Positions 8,774-18,803 of a DNA stretch of 64,000 nucleotides are shown here, one piece after another (the first letter of the stretch is position 1; each line of letters opens with the position of its first letter). This stretch comes from an uncultured SAR86 cluster bacterium (lineage in GTDB: Bacteria > Pseudomonadota > Gammaproteobacteria > Magnimaribacterales > D2472), in the NCBI GenBank assembly GCA_902556105.1, contig CACDUZ010000003.1, forward strand, positions 49,579 to 113,578, read 5' to 3'. The translations under genes were made by a program, and so were the position numbers. A model generated the notes under the pieces. That model was not told the DNA's origin and made no database searches. It was given only the letters and a program-made list of their open reading frames with translations.

Positions 8774-10021
8774 ATGTCATTAAGTTTTCAAGACGAATAC
8801 ATCAAAAAAGAATCTCTTCATGGTGCACAAAATTATTCACCTCTTTCAGTTGTTTTGGAGCGAGGGGAAGGTGCATATCTCTGGGATGTAGATGATAATA
8901 AATATCTTGATATGGTCTCAGCATATTCTGCAGTCAGTCATGGGCATTCTCATCCTGAATTAATAAAAACTATTCAAGATCAAGCACAAAAATTAGCAAT
9001 AACTTCAAGAGCTTTTTATACGGAACCGTTTGCAAATTTTCTAGAGTCACTTACTAAGGTTTCAGGATTCGAATCTGTTTTGACAATGAATACAGGAGCG
9101 GAAGCAGTTGAAACTGCAATAAAAGCTGCGAGACGATGGGGATATTTTACAAAAGGGATTCCAGAGAATAAAGCTGAAATAATTGTTGCTGATGGTAACT
9201 TTCATGGAAGAACAACAACGATTGTTAGTTTTTCCACGGATTCTTCATATAAAGATGGCTTTGGTCCTTTCACGCCAGGATTTGAGAGCGCAAACTATTG
9301 TGGATCATGTGACTGTGAATCTTTAAATAGTTGTATATCAATAGAGTCTTTTGAAAGAAAAATTAATAAAAACACATGTGCTATTTTAGTGGAACCAATT
9401 CAAGGTGAAGCAGGCATAAGAGTGCCTAAAGATGGATGGCTTCTAAAATTAAGAGAGCTATGTACTTCTAATAATATATTACTAATACTCGATGAAATTC
9501 AATCTGGGCTGGGCAGGACTGGTAAATTATTTGCATACCAGCATGAGAATATCAAACCTGATGGACTTATTCTTGGAAAAGCACTTGGAGGCGCCATGCT
9601 TCCAATATCTGCATTTTTGAGTTCAAAAGAAGTTATGGATCATTTTAATGCAGGGTCTCATGGTTCTACTTTTGGAGGCAATCCACTCGCAACCAAAGTT
9701 GCAAGCAGGGCGCTTGAACTTTTATATGAAGATAATCTAATAGAAAATAGTCATATTTTAGGAGATTATTTTAAATCGAAATTAAAATCTATAGATAATA
9801 AAATCATTAAAGATGTTAGAGGAAAGGGGCTATGGATTGGAATGGAGCTTAACGAATCGGAAGTTAATGCTAAGGACCTTTGCCTTATGCTTTTAAATGA
9901 GGGGCTTCTTTGCAAAGAAACTCATAAAACCGTAATAAGATTTGCTCCACCCCTTATGATTACTAAAGAACAATTAGACTGGGCTATTAAAAAGATCACA
10001 AAAGTTATTAGATCTGTTTAA
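8774..10021 (+). CDS. rocD: ornithine--oxo-acid aminotransferase
   Basis: Class III aminotransferase. DEIQSGLGRTGK, GKALGGA (PLP Lys region), GSHGSTFGGNPLA and a C-terminus GLLCKETHKTVIRFAPPL that closely resembles RocD. Confidence 0.85.
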   Translation: MSLSFQDEYIKKESLHGAQNYSPLSVVLERGEGAYLWDVDDNKYLDMVSAYSAVSHGHSHPELIKTIQDQAQKLAITSRAFYTEPFANFLESLTKVSGFESVLTMNTGAEAVETAIKAARRWGYFTKGIPENKAEIIVADGNFHGRTTTIVSFSTDSSYKDGFGPFTPGFESANYCGSCDCESLNSCISIESFERKINKNTCAILVEPIQGEAGIRVPKDGWLLKLRELCTSNNILLILDEIQSGLGRTGKLFAYQHENIKPDGLILGKALGGAMLPISAFLSSKEVMDHFNAGSHGSTFGGNPLATKVASRALELLYEDNLIENSHILGDYFKSKLKSIDNKIIKDVRGKGLWIGMELNESEVNAKDLCLMLLNEGLLCKETHKTVIRFAPPLMITKEQLDWAIKKITKVIRSV

Positions 10022-10287
10022 TGTCAATTAATTCTAATTTTGAAAAACTGGTTTTTGAAAAGATTGATAAAATTCCATATGGCGAGACAAGATCCTATAA
10101 AGAAATTGCTATAGCAATAGGTAAGCCCAATTCATATAGAGCTGTAGCAAATGCATGTGGTAAAAATCCAATTCCAATTGTAAGGCCTTGTCATAGAGTA
10201 ATATGTTCTGATGGAAGTGCCGGAGGATACAGTGCCTCAGGAGGCACTAAACTCAAAGAGATTTTATTGAAGATAGAATCTTTATAG
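10021..10287 (+). CDS. ogt: MGMT-family methylated-DNA--protein-cysteine methyltransferase domain protein
   Basis: 88 aa with the active-site motif IPIVRPCHRVI. Start overlaps the rocD stop (TAATG). Confidence 0.8.
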   Translation: MSINSNFEKLVFEKIDKIPYGETRSYKEIAIAIGKPNSYRAVANACGKNPIPIVRPCHRVICSDGSAGGYSASGGTKLKEILLKIESL

Positions 10288-10302
10288 ATTTCTTAAAAAC
10301 TT

Positions 10303-12855
10303 TTATTTACTTTCAAAAAAATTATTTACATTGAAATAAATAAGATCAAAGTGACTGGACTTAAATTTACTTCTTTTGCTGTAAGCTAAGATATCTTTTA
10401 GGGCTGAGAAAATTGCAGCCTTTGAAACTTCGTCATAGGGAGCTTCATTAAAACCATCAATAAGAAGGTTTACATATGTAGACTGTAAATTTCTTTTGAA
10501 AGAATCGGGCTCTTCGTTGAGAACGAAGATTGCAGAATTTAAATCATTTAAAACTTCATCAGGCATATATTCATTTCCGTATAACGAACTATTAACCAAT
10601 CTTTTCATTACAATTGGATGCAATATATTCCTTAAAATATTTCTTTGGCTAGATAAAACAATAGAGTGAAAATCTGGATCATTATTTCCGCTAAGACTTC
10701 CATAGTAACTATCAATACCTCTTTCAAATACTAAATTAGCAAGTATTTTTGGATCGTAATTCATTGCTCCATTTGAAAAGACTTCTTTTTTTAAAAGATC
10801 AAATGCTTGTTTTTGTTTTTCGTATGGAACTGGCTCCAATATCTCAGAACCATCCTGGCTTGAAGCTTTTTTATTAATGTAAATTCCACCAATTTGTTGC
10901 GCAACTGTTTCCAAGAATCTACTTTTAGTTCTTATCAATCTATAAAATGAATTTGTATAATTATTAAACCCTTCTTCATCGGCAAAGATTTCCGGTAGCT
11001 CAGTAATTTTTTGATCAACTATTTCAATTATGTCCTCAGCATAAGCAATAGGGTCATTACTCATATCATATCTTTTCGTTCTAGGATCAATGTTATTACC
11101 GGGTGATGACATAGCTTCTTCGTCAGTTCCAAAAGAAAGCTCTCTTTTAACAGACTGACGGAGTATTTCAGTCCTTTCTTCATCTGTAAGGCCGGGGGTA
11201 TAACCAAATTTAATAGCCCACTTATCATAAACCCCAGGCACGGTAGAAAAATAAATGCCTTGTTCTGTGCCTTCTGGCGCCACATTAATAGGATCGTAGT
11301 CCATGACTGAACTCATCAAAGTTTTACCAGTAATTTCTTTATTATGGATTTCAGCAGGGCTATATAAATAACTGCCTCTAAAATTATGCCTAAGACCTAA
11401 AACATGTCCAACTTCATGTAAAGTTAGATTTGTTATGTACTGCATTAAAGGGTCATTATCCTCTGTATACCCATAAAGCTTCCTATAGTTATACCCAACT
11501 TTGACAGCAAGTAATTTATTCACAACATCACCTGAAATAATTTCGCCAGTTAATGGATTGGTAACACTTGGTCCAATACCAAGAAGATTTCCATCTGGTT
11601 CTGAAGACCATCTAACAACATTGTAATCATAGTCTGCAGCATCCCATTCAGCATCTTTTGGTTGAATCTTTGCAACCACAGCATTTATAAAGCCAGCCTC
11701 TTCAAAAGCCATATTCCAATTTTCAATTCCAGCAACCACTGCAGGAATTATTTCTTCTGGTGTTGTATTTTCTACCCAGAAAACGATTGGTTCCTCTGGC
11801 TCTGACATTTCTGCATTAGGATCCTTTTTAATTAATCTCCATTTATTTATCAAGGCAAAGTTAGGAAAATTATCATAGGAAGTTAAATCTGTAGATTTAT
11901 TTACAAAATAACCAACCCTGTGATCATTAACACGTGTTTCAAATCGATCGTCAGGCATTTTTATAAAGATATGTCTACCCGTCACTGATAAATATCTAGG
12001 ATCTGTAACCGCAGAAACAGAAAACGCATCTGAATTTGGCATAGTATTTTCAAATGCGAAGGTTACTTCAAAAGCAGTATTTGTATCGTTGTTAAGAACA
12101 TTTTTGACAAAAGTTTTGGATTCGTCAGGCCTGCCATAATCTACTGATACATACTCTCTGTATTCACTTGGAATGTAACTGATAGAGTCCATTTTTTCTG
12201 ACAGTAAAATACTATTTACGTTTATAAGATATGAATTGTCTGTTCTTGCAGAAGGTTTAAAAACTTCGACAAAAGCTTCTGTAATATTTGTTATTGATGA
12301 CTTGGCAATATTGTTTTCCGGATCACCAGTAATGTAGGAAGTATTTATTTGATAAAGACCAATTTTATCTTTCTTAAAATTTCTAAACTCTAACACCTTT
12401 CCATTAGAGGGTAATCCACCTGTTAGAGGACTTCCTTGAGGCGCATTCATAATGTAAGAAAAATATAAAAATTTGCTATTTAAGTCTTCTTCATCTAGCT
12501 TAAGAAAATAAGCTGAACCATCTTCATTTGTATAAATCTTTAAAAACCCATCAACTAAAACTAACTCTTCTTCATCAATAAATTCTTCAATAGACTGCAT
12601 GAAATCTTTTTCGCAGTTTTTTGCATCCTTCATGCTTTCTGCTTGCATCATACATTCTTCTAGATTTTCTGGAACAGCATCTTCATCAGCTACCTCATCA
12701 TCTGAATTTTCAGAGACGATCTCATCATCTTCTAATTTAACATTTGAATGAAGATCAATACTTACAAATGTGAAAATGAAACTCACAAAAATAAGTGAAT
12801 ATACGCGCGCATACTTATTTAAGACCATATGTAATTTTCCTTTAAAAAATAGCAT
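10303..12855 (-). CDS. secreted zinc metalloprotease (large, DUF-rich family)
   Basis: HEVGHVLGLRHNF zincin motif in an 850-aa ORF. The hydrophobic N-terminus fits a signal peptide. A second ATG at 12828 has the better Shine-Dalgarno (AAGGA, 9 nt) and may be the true start. Confidence 0.7.
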   Translation of the reverse strand: MLFFKGKLHMVLNKYARVYSLIFVSFIFTFVSIDLHSNVKLEDDEIVSENSDDEVADEDAVPENLEECMMQAESMKDAKNCEKDFMQSIEEFIDEEELVLVDGFLKIYTNEDGSAYFLKLDEEDLNSKFLYFSYIMNAPQGSPLTGGLPSNGKVLEFRNFKKDKIGLYQINTSYITGDPENNIAKSSITNITEAFVEVFKPSARTDNSYLINVNSILLSEKMDSISYIPSEYREYVSVDYGRPDESKTFVKNVLNNDTNTAFEVTFAFENTMPNSDAFSVSAVTDPRYLSVTGRHIFIKMPDDRFETRVNDHRVGYFVNKSTDLTSYDNFPNFALINKWRLIKKDPNAEMSEPEEPIVFWVENTTPEEIIPAVVAGIENWNMAFEEAGFINAVVAKIQPKDAEWDAADYDYNVVRWSSEPDGNLLGIGPSVTNPLTGEIISGDVVNKLLAVKVGYNYRKLYGYTEDNDPLMQYITNLTLHEVGHVLGLRHNFRGSYLYSPAEIHNKEITGKTLMSSVMDYDPINVAPEGTEQGIYFSTVPGVYDKWAIKFGYTPGLTDEERTEILRQSVKRELSFGTDEEAMSSPGNNIDPRTKRYDMSNDPIAYAEDIIEIVDQKITELPEIFADEEGFNNYTNSFYRLIRTKSRFLETVAQQIGGIYINKKASSQDGSEILEPVPYEKQKQAFDLLKKEVFSNGAMNYDPKILANLVFERGIDSYYGSLSGNNDPDFHSIVLSSQRNILRNILHPIVMKRLVNSSLYGNEYMPDEVLNDLNSAIFVLNEEPDSFKRNLQSTYVNLLIDGFNEAPYDEVSKAAIFSALKDILAYSKRSKFKSSHFDLIYFNVNNFFESK

Positions 12856-12891
12856 ACAATTCTATCTCAATCTTTTAGATACTGATAGTAT

Positions 12892-13698
12892 ATGACCATG
12901 GAAAATTCTTATGCATTAATCACAGGCGCATCCTCTGGTATTGGGCTTGAAATTGCCAAAGATCTTGCAGGAAGAGGTTATAACTTGATATTAACAGCAA
13001 GAAGGACAGAACTTCTTGAAAGCATCTCTAAAGAAATTAGTGAAGCAAATAATGTACATGTGGACCTAATCTCTAAAGACCTAAGCAATTATGATGCTCC
13101 TCGAGAAATTTTTGAATTTTGTGAATATAAGAATTATAAAGTTGATATCTTAATAAATAATGCTGGATATGGAATAAAGACTTCATTTCATGAAACAAGT
13201 ATTGATGATGAAGAAGCATTCATTAGAGTGCTAGGCACTTCAGTAATTATGCTTACAAAATTATTTATTCCTAAAATGTTGGAACACGATGGTGGAAAAA
13301 TAATGATTGTTTCATCTGTTGCATCTTTCGCTCCACCGTCTGCAATTCAACCATTATATGGACCTATTAAAACATTCATGAACAGATTCAGTGATGGAAT
13401 CAATATTAACTATAAAAGAAAGGGGATTACTTCTACTGCGGTTTGTCCTGGCTTTACAACAACAGGATTTCACACAGCAAGTGGAGTGCAAGAAGAGATG
13501 GACAGAGTCCCTCGATTTATGGTCTTCCCTGCATCTAGAGTTGCAAAAGAAGGAGTTGACGCAATGTTTGCAGGAAAAAGTATTTTTATTCCTACAAAAA
13601 CGTACAGAGCTATTGTCTTTTTAACAACAAACCTACCTCAATTTCTTTTGAGATTTATTTCTAATATGCTTGCTCCCGGAAGATACGACAGAAATTAA
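12892..13698 (+). CDS. short-chain dehydrogenase/reductase (SDR)
   Basis: TGASSGIG cofactor motif, NNAG, and S...YxxxK (YGPIK). Confidence 0.85.
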   Translation: MTMENSYALITGASSGIGLEIAKDLAGRGYNLILTARRTELLESISKEISEANNVHVDLISKDLSNYDAPREIFEFCEYKNYKVDILINNAGYGIKTSFHETSIDDEEAFIRVLGTSVIMLTKLFIPKMLEHDGGKIMIVSSVASFAPPSAIQPLYGPIKTFMNRFSDGININYKRKGITSTAVCPGFTTTGFHTASGVQEEMDRVPRFMVFPASRVAKEGVDAMFAGKSIFIPTKTYRAIVFLTTNLPQFLLRFISNMLAPGRYDRN

Positions 13699-14345
13699 TT
13701 AATACCTAAAACTGAATCAGATACGAACGGGTTGTTTAATCTTTCTGCTTTGAATGTTGAAACTGGACCGTGTCCGGGAATAAAATCTATATCACTGCCT
13801 AATGGCCATAACTTATTTTTTACAGAATTAATAAGTTGATCAAAATTTCCACCAGGTAAGTCAGTTCTGCCAATTGAACCATTGAACAAGACATCTCCAA
13901 CAATAGCCAAATTACTTTCTTTGTGAAAGAAAATAATATGCCCAGGTGTATGTCCAGGGCAAAAATAAACATCTAGTTTTTCATTTCCAACATAAACCTC
14001 ATCTCCCTCATCAAACCATTTATTTGGATAACAATTTTTTGAGGGCATCCCAAACATCTCACCTTGACTTTGAAGTGAGTCTAATAAAAATTTATCCTCA
14101 ATATGAGGTCCATGTATCTCAATTTTTAAAATCTCAGATAATTCTGTTGCTCCACCAGCATGATCAATATGACCATGAGTTAATAAAATCTTTTCAGGAA
14201 TCAAATTATTTTCCTTAGCTAAATTCATTAAGACATCTATATCACCACCAGGATCAATGATTGCACATTTTTTTGTTTCTGAACAAAATAGGATTGAAGC
14301 ATTTTGTTGAAATGGGGTTACAGATTGAATTAAAGATTTCAGCAT
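13695..14345 (-). CDS. MBL-fold metallo-hydrolase (glyoxalase II-like)
   Basis: THGHIDHAGG metal motif, plus CPGHTPGH and GRTDLPGG, typical of the YcbL/GloB-like group. Confidence 0.8.
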   Translation of the reverse strand: MLKSLIQSVTPFQQNASILFCSETKKCAIIDPGGDIDVLMNLAKENNLIPEKILLTHGHIDHAGGATELSEILKIEIHGPHIEDKFLLDSLQSQGEMFGMPSKNCYPNKWFDEGDEVYVGNEKLDVYFCPGHTPGHIIFFHKESNLAIVGDVLFNGSIGRTDLPGGNFDQLINSVKNKLWPLGSDIDFIPGHGPVSTFKAERLNNPFVSDSVLGIN

Positions 14346-14389
14346 TATTGTTTTACAATTACAAATTAAATTAATTATAAGTAATTAAC

Positions 14390-16099
14390 ATGAACGAACC
14401 AACAAATGAATCGTACTTAAGTTTAAGAGTGCCTTCTAATGAAAAAGATGAAAGATTTATATCCGGCATTAATTCATCTTATGAGGCAGCAAAACTAAGA
14501 AGTGCATCAAAAGATTCAAAAGTTAACGAGTATCATTCTCCAGTAAAGTTCTCATGGAGAGAGTTCTGGAAAACGATGCTGTATGAGAACCTGCCACCAG
14601 TAGTTTTTTCACCAATAGCAACCTTATTTTTAGAAGGCTCGTTGAGTAGGGCATGGCATGTTAGCCAAAACAGAATGCTTATTGCTGTTTCTACCAAACA
14701 TCATTCTCTTGTAGATATTATTCAAACCTGGTTGGTCGTTTATCCAGGGTCATGGTTAATGAATGTTGGATTATATTTTGCTCTTTTTTCAGAAAAAGAA
14801 TTAATAATGAATATTGATCCCTTTCATATGATTCTTGCATATTTATTACTTTTTATGAGAAGACTTATAATCTCAACTAAATATGGTTATTTTAGGCCAG
14901 AAGATACCGAAAGATTATGTCTTCCAGCACCTGACTGGGATAGGAATAAAACTAATAGGCGGCTAGTTGGCCAAGGATGGCTTCAGCCGTGGTTATATCC
15001 AGGATTGATCGAAGATGAATTAACAGTAGCTATGGACGAAAACGATATATGTCTGCAAGGCATTCCGTTGAAAGTAGATAAAGAAACTGAAAAAAAATTA
15101 TTACAACAAAATTCAAGCGATCTTTTTCCTCAAAAAACAAGCGCTTCAAATGAGAATGAAATTGCATCAGGTTTTATTCTTTTTAATATAATTAGATCTG
15201 TATACAACAGGCCGACAATGAAAAACTTTAGGACCATCCTATTCCTAACTATTTTATCTTTATCTGTAACGCCATTTTTAGTTAAGTTTTTATACGGAAC
15301 GCCAATATTTGGAATGACAATGAATGAAAAAATAATATCATCCGCAACATTAATTGGCTTATTTAATGGCTTTCAATTAATTATGTTCGGATTGGTGTGT
15401 TCGATAGATTATGAAAGAAGGTATAGGTGCGCAAAAAAATTAGGAGAAATGGTTTCTTTTCCAGGCTTAAATCTTAAAAATCTGTTCCATTCATCTGATA
15501 AGCATAATATTTACGTTGATTTACAAAAAAGATTGAATGTTTTTAGCTGGATGAATATGAGAAAAGTTCTTCGATCTTTTGGTGAAGCTTTTTATCTTCG
15601 CATTCAAAGCTATACCTCAATATTAATATTTTATTCTCTATTTTGTGTTGCGATTTTAAATTTAATTGTATGGACTGAATTAAGACACCATATATCAACT
15701 ATCTATTTAATATGCGTTGTTATTTTTTTTATATCATCCATAAGCTTATTCGCAATCTACAAAGCAATTAAACTTCAGTCTCTAAGTGCAGAACATAGAG
15801 ACTTTATAAGAAATGAGTTATTTATAATTGAAGAGGAAATATGGGAATTAAAGCTTGATGGTAGAAGCGAAGACAGAATAACGGATCTTACAAGCGCCAA
15901 AGCTTTATTGGAGCAGGTTGATGAATCCATTAACTATAAGGAACTTATTTATAAGCCGACAACTATTCTTGGTTACGCTGCAAATAATGGAGTAATTGGT
16001 TCCGTCTTAGGACTTGTTTTAACTGGTTGCCTTTTTGCTGTTCAAGGTTTTGTTTCAACTGGAATTGAATATGACGCTCTTGGCTGGTTTAATTTTTAG
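14390..16099 (+). CDS. hypothetical polytopic membrane protein (orphan)
   Basis: A 569-aa uninterrupted ORF with several hydrophobic segments and a predicted coiled stretch near residue 480. I recognise no family. Confidence 0.5.
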   Translation: MNEPTNESYLSLRVPSNEKDERFISGINSSYEAAKLRSASKDSKVNEYHSPVKFSWREFWKTMLYENLPPVVFSPIATLFLEGSLSRAWHVSQNRMLIAVSTKHHSLVDIIQTWLVVYPGSWLMNVGLYFALFSEKELIMNIDPFHMILAYLLLFMRRLIISTKYGYFRPEDTERLCLPAPDWDRNKTNRRLVGQGWLQPWLYPGLIEDELTVAMDENDICLQGIPLKVDKETEKKLLQQNSSDLFPQKTSASNENEIASGFILFNIIRSVYNRPTMKNFRTILFLTILSLSVTPFLVKFLYGTPIFGMTMNEKIISSATLIGLFNGFQLIMFGLVCSIDYERRYRCAKKLGEMVSFPGLNLKNLFHSSDKHNIYVDLQKRLNVFSWMNMRKVLRSFGEAFYLRIQSYTSILIFYSLFCVAILNLIVWTELRHHISTIYLICVVIFFISSISLFAIYKAIKLQSLSAEHRDFIRNELFIIEEEIWELKLDGRSEDRITDLTSAKALLEQVDESINYKELIYKPTTILGYAANNGVIGSVLGLVLTGCLFAVQGFVSTGIEYDALGWFNF

Positions 16100-16145
16100 A
16101 AAAATACTATAGAATAAGCATCTAAAGCATATGGAAAAATAAATT

Positions 16146-16790
16146 ATGACAAAAAAACCATCAAAAGAAGATACTTTAAAGGCTGTAAAAACATTAACAG
16201 AAGAGATTTCTAATAGTTCTTTAGAAAAAGAAGCATTAGAGGCGGTCAGAACTTTAATACTATGGGCTGGTGATGATCCTGAAAGAGAAGGACTCATAGA
16301 TACGCCAAAAAGAGTTGTCAAAGCATATAAGGAGTTTTTCTCTGGTTATGAAGAAGATCCTGAAGAAATTTTAAGCAGAACCTTTGAGGAAGTTGAAGGT
16401 TATGATGATGCAGTTATTGTAAGAAATATAAGAGTTGAGTCTCATTGCGAACATCACATGGTTCCAATCGTGGGAGTAGCACATATAGGATACATACCTA
16501 AAAACAGAGTAGTTGGAATAAGCAAGTTAGCTAGATTAGTAGATTTATTTGGAAAAAGACTTCAAACACAAGAAACAATGACAGCCCAAATCGCAGATAC
16601 TATTGATAAAGTCCTCCAACCTAAAGGCGTAGCTGTTGTAATAGATGCTAATCATCAGTGTATGAGCACTAGAGGCGTTCATAAGACTGAATCAAGCACA
16701 ATAACATCAAGAATGTTAGGAACTTTTAGATCAGATAATAAAGCTAGAGAAGAATTTATAAATCTAATTCATTCGCCTAAAAACTATTAA
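16146..16790 (+). CDS. folE: GTP cyclohydrolase I
   Basis: ESHCEHHMVPIVGVAHIGYIP and RLQTQE motifs. Confidence 0.93.
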   Translation: MTKKPSKEDTLKAVKTLTEEISNSSLEKEALEAVRTLILWAGDDPEREGLIDTPKRVVKAYKEFFSGYEEDPEEILSRTFEEVEGYDDAVIVRNIRVESHCEHHMVPIVGVAHIGYIPKNRVVGISKLARLVDLFGKRLQTQETMTAQIADTIDKVLQPKGVAVVIDANHQCMSTRGVHKTESSTITSRMLGTFRSDNKAREEFINLIHSPKNY

Positions 16791-17414
16791 ATGAGCAGGT
16801 CTCTGGATTATTCCAGTATCAAGCCAAAAGTCCCGATTATTCTTGCTTCTGGATCAGAGAGTAGGAAGCAAATGCTTGATGAAGCTGGTGTAACTTTCGA
16901 AGTAATTGTTTCGTCCGCAGATGAAGACTCAATAAAGAATCAAATCTCGTCATTACCATTTAGCGATCAAGTAACTATTCTTGCAAAGGCTAAGGCAGAA
17001 CCTGTTAGCATTCAAAATCCAAACTCTATAGTTATTGGAGGAGATCAAATGTGTGTGCTAGGTTCAGAACTTCTTCACAAACCTGGATCCAAAGAAAAAG
17101 CAATTGAAAGTCTTAAAACTCTCTCAAATCAAATACATCATCAACATAGCGGAGTATGTATATTTAAAAACAATGAATGTTTGTGGGAATATTCTGAAAC
17201 AGTGGAGCTGAAGATGCATAATTTAACTGAACAAGAAATTATCAATTATGTAGAGTTAGAAAATCCTATAAATGCTGCAGGTTCATATAAATTTGAATCT
17301 TTAGGATGCAACCTTTTTGAATATATCGATGGCTCTTCGCATACTGTAAGAGGTATGCCATTACTACCTCTATTAAATGCATTAAGGAGTTTAAACGTAA
17401 TTAGTTTAGAATAA
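16791..17414 (+). CDS. maf: Maf-like nucleoside triphosphate pyrophosphatase
   Basis: N-terminal ILASGSESRKQML, plus GGDQ and AGSYKFE motifs. Confidence 0.85.
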   Translation: MSRSLDYSSIKPKVPIILASGSESRKQMLDEAGVTFEVIVSSADEDSIKNQISSLPFSDQVTILAKAKAEPVSIQNPNSIVIGGDQMCVLGSELLHKPGSKEKAIESLKTLSNQIHHQHSGVCIFKNNECLWEYSETVELKMHNLTEQEIINYVELENPINAAGSYKFESLGCNLFEYIDGSSHTVRGMPLLPLLNALRSLNVISLE

Positions 17415-17418
17415 TTTT

Positions 17419-18798
17419 ATGAGCAGCATTCAACCATTCCATTTATTTAATACACTAAATGGTAAAAAGGAAAAATTAGAAGCAATTGATCCGAAGCATT
17501 TAAAAATTTATGCTTGCGGACCTACTGTCTATAATTATGCACATATTGGAAATGCTCGAATGGCAGTTGTTTTTGATACCCTAGTTCGAACCTTAAAAAT
17601 TATTTATCCCAAAGTAACCTACGTATCTAACATCACAGATATAGATGACAAGATAATCGATGCAGCAAATGAACAAAATGTAGCAATATCGTTAATTACT
17701 GAAAAATATACAGAAATATATAATAAGGACATGGCAAAACTTAATGTTTTACCTCCAGACATCCAGCCAAAGGCAACAGAATACATACCAGAAATGATTA
17801 CACTCATTAAAGATTTAATAAAAAAAGATTTTGCATATGAAAAAGACGGCCACGTTCTTTTTCATGTACCTTCATTTAAAAATTATGGTCTCCTTTCAAA
17901 TAGGAATAGAGATGAACAAATCGCCGGAAGTAGAGTTGACATTGCTCCATTTAAAAAAGATCCAGCAGATTTTGTTTTATGGAAACCTAGTATAGAAAAT
18001 CAGCCAGGATGGGATTCACCATGGGGTTTTGGAAGACCTGGTTGGCATACTGAATGCTCTGCTATGTCAGAAAAAACTCTTGGATTACCATTTGATATTC
18101 ATGGGGGAGGAAGGGATTTAATTTTTCCTCATCATGAGAATGAAATTGCACAAAGTTGCTGCTCAACCGCAGACGCAGATAAACCAGAATCATATGCTAA
18201 ATATTGGATGCATAATGGTTTCGTGACAATCGACGGTGAAAAGATGTCAAAGTCTCTGGGAAATATAATATTGGTTAATGATCTTACAGAAAAATATCAC
18301 GGTGAGGTTATAAGACTAGCTCTATTATCGTCTCATTATAGGCAAGGCTTAGATTGGAATGAGAAGGTAATTCATCAAGCAAAAAAATTATTAGACAAAC
18401 TTTATTCCCTTTATGATGAACTAAAAGATATAAAAACAGATCAAGAAGAACAGAATTTCGAAAGCATTGAAATAATTTTTGATGATTTAAATACACCTGG
18501 TTTAATTTCTCAAGCTAATAAATTAATTAAAGAGGGTGATTCGCCAAATAACTCTGAAAAGGCATTAATTAAGTCTAAGTTATTAATGATTGCAAAAGTT
18601 TTAGGTATTTTTGAAGATAAATCTTATAACAAGATCTCTGATGAACTTAACAAAGAAATTGAAATTTTAATAAAAGAAAGATCTATAGCAAAGGAAAACA
18701 AAAATTTTGATTTAGCAGACGAAATAAGGACTAAGCTTGAAAACCTAGGAATTGAAATTAAGGACACGCCTGATGGAACTTCTTGGCAAGTTAAGTAA
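17419..18798 (+). CDS. cysS: cysteine--tRNA ligase
   Basis: YACGPTVYNYAHIGNAR (HIGH), WHTECS and KMSKSLGN motifs. Confidence 0.96.
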   Translation: MSSIQPFHLFNTLNGKKEKLEAIDPKHLKIYACGPTVYNYAHIGNARMAVVFDTLVRTLKIIYPKVTYVSNITDIDDKIIDAANEQNVAISLITEKYTEIYNKDMAKLNVLPPDIQPKATEYIPEMITLIKDLIKKDFAYEKDGHVLFHVPSFKNYGLLSNRNRDEQIAGSRVDIAPFKKDPADFVLWKPSIENQPGWDSPWGFGRPGWHTECSAMSEKTLGLPFDIHGGGRDLIFPHHENEIAQSCCSTADADKPESYAKYWMHNGFVTIDGEKMSKSLGNIILVNDLTEKYHGEVIRLALLSSHYRQGLDWNEKVIHQAKKLLDKLYSLYDELKDIKTDQEEQNFESIEIIFDDLNTPGLISQANKLIKEGDSPNNSEKALIKSKLLMIAKVLGIFEDKSYNKISDELNKEIEILIKERSIAKENKNFDLADEIRTKLENLGIEIKDTPDGTSWQVK

Positions 18799-18803
18799 TT
18801 GAT

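Noticed and set aside
6757-13624. Same-strand alternative-frame ORFs inside the MetF-like gene and the SDR gene (6757-6957 and 13391-13624), and ORFs 8402-8662 and 8710-8895 around the CtlX-like gene.
   Set aside because: They overlap better-supported frames that have recognisable family motifs, and they have no RBS or conserved features of their own.
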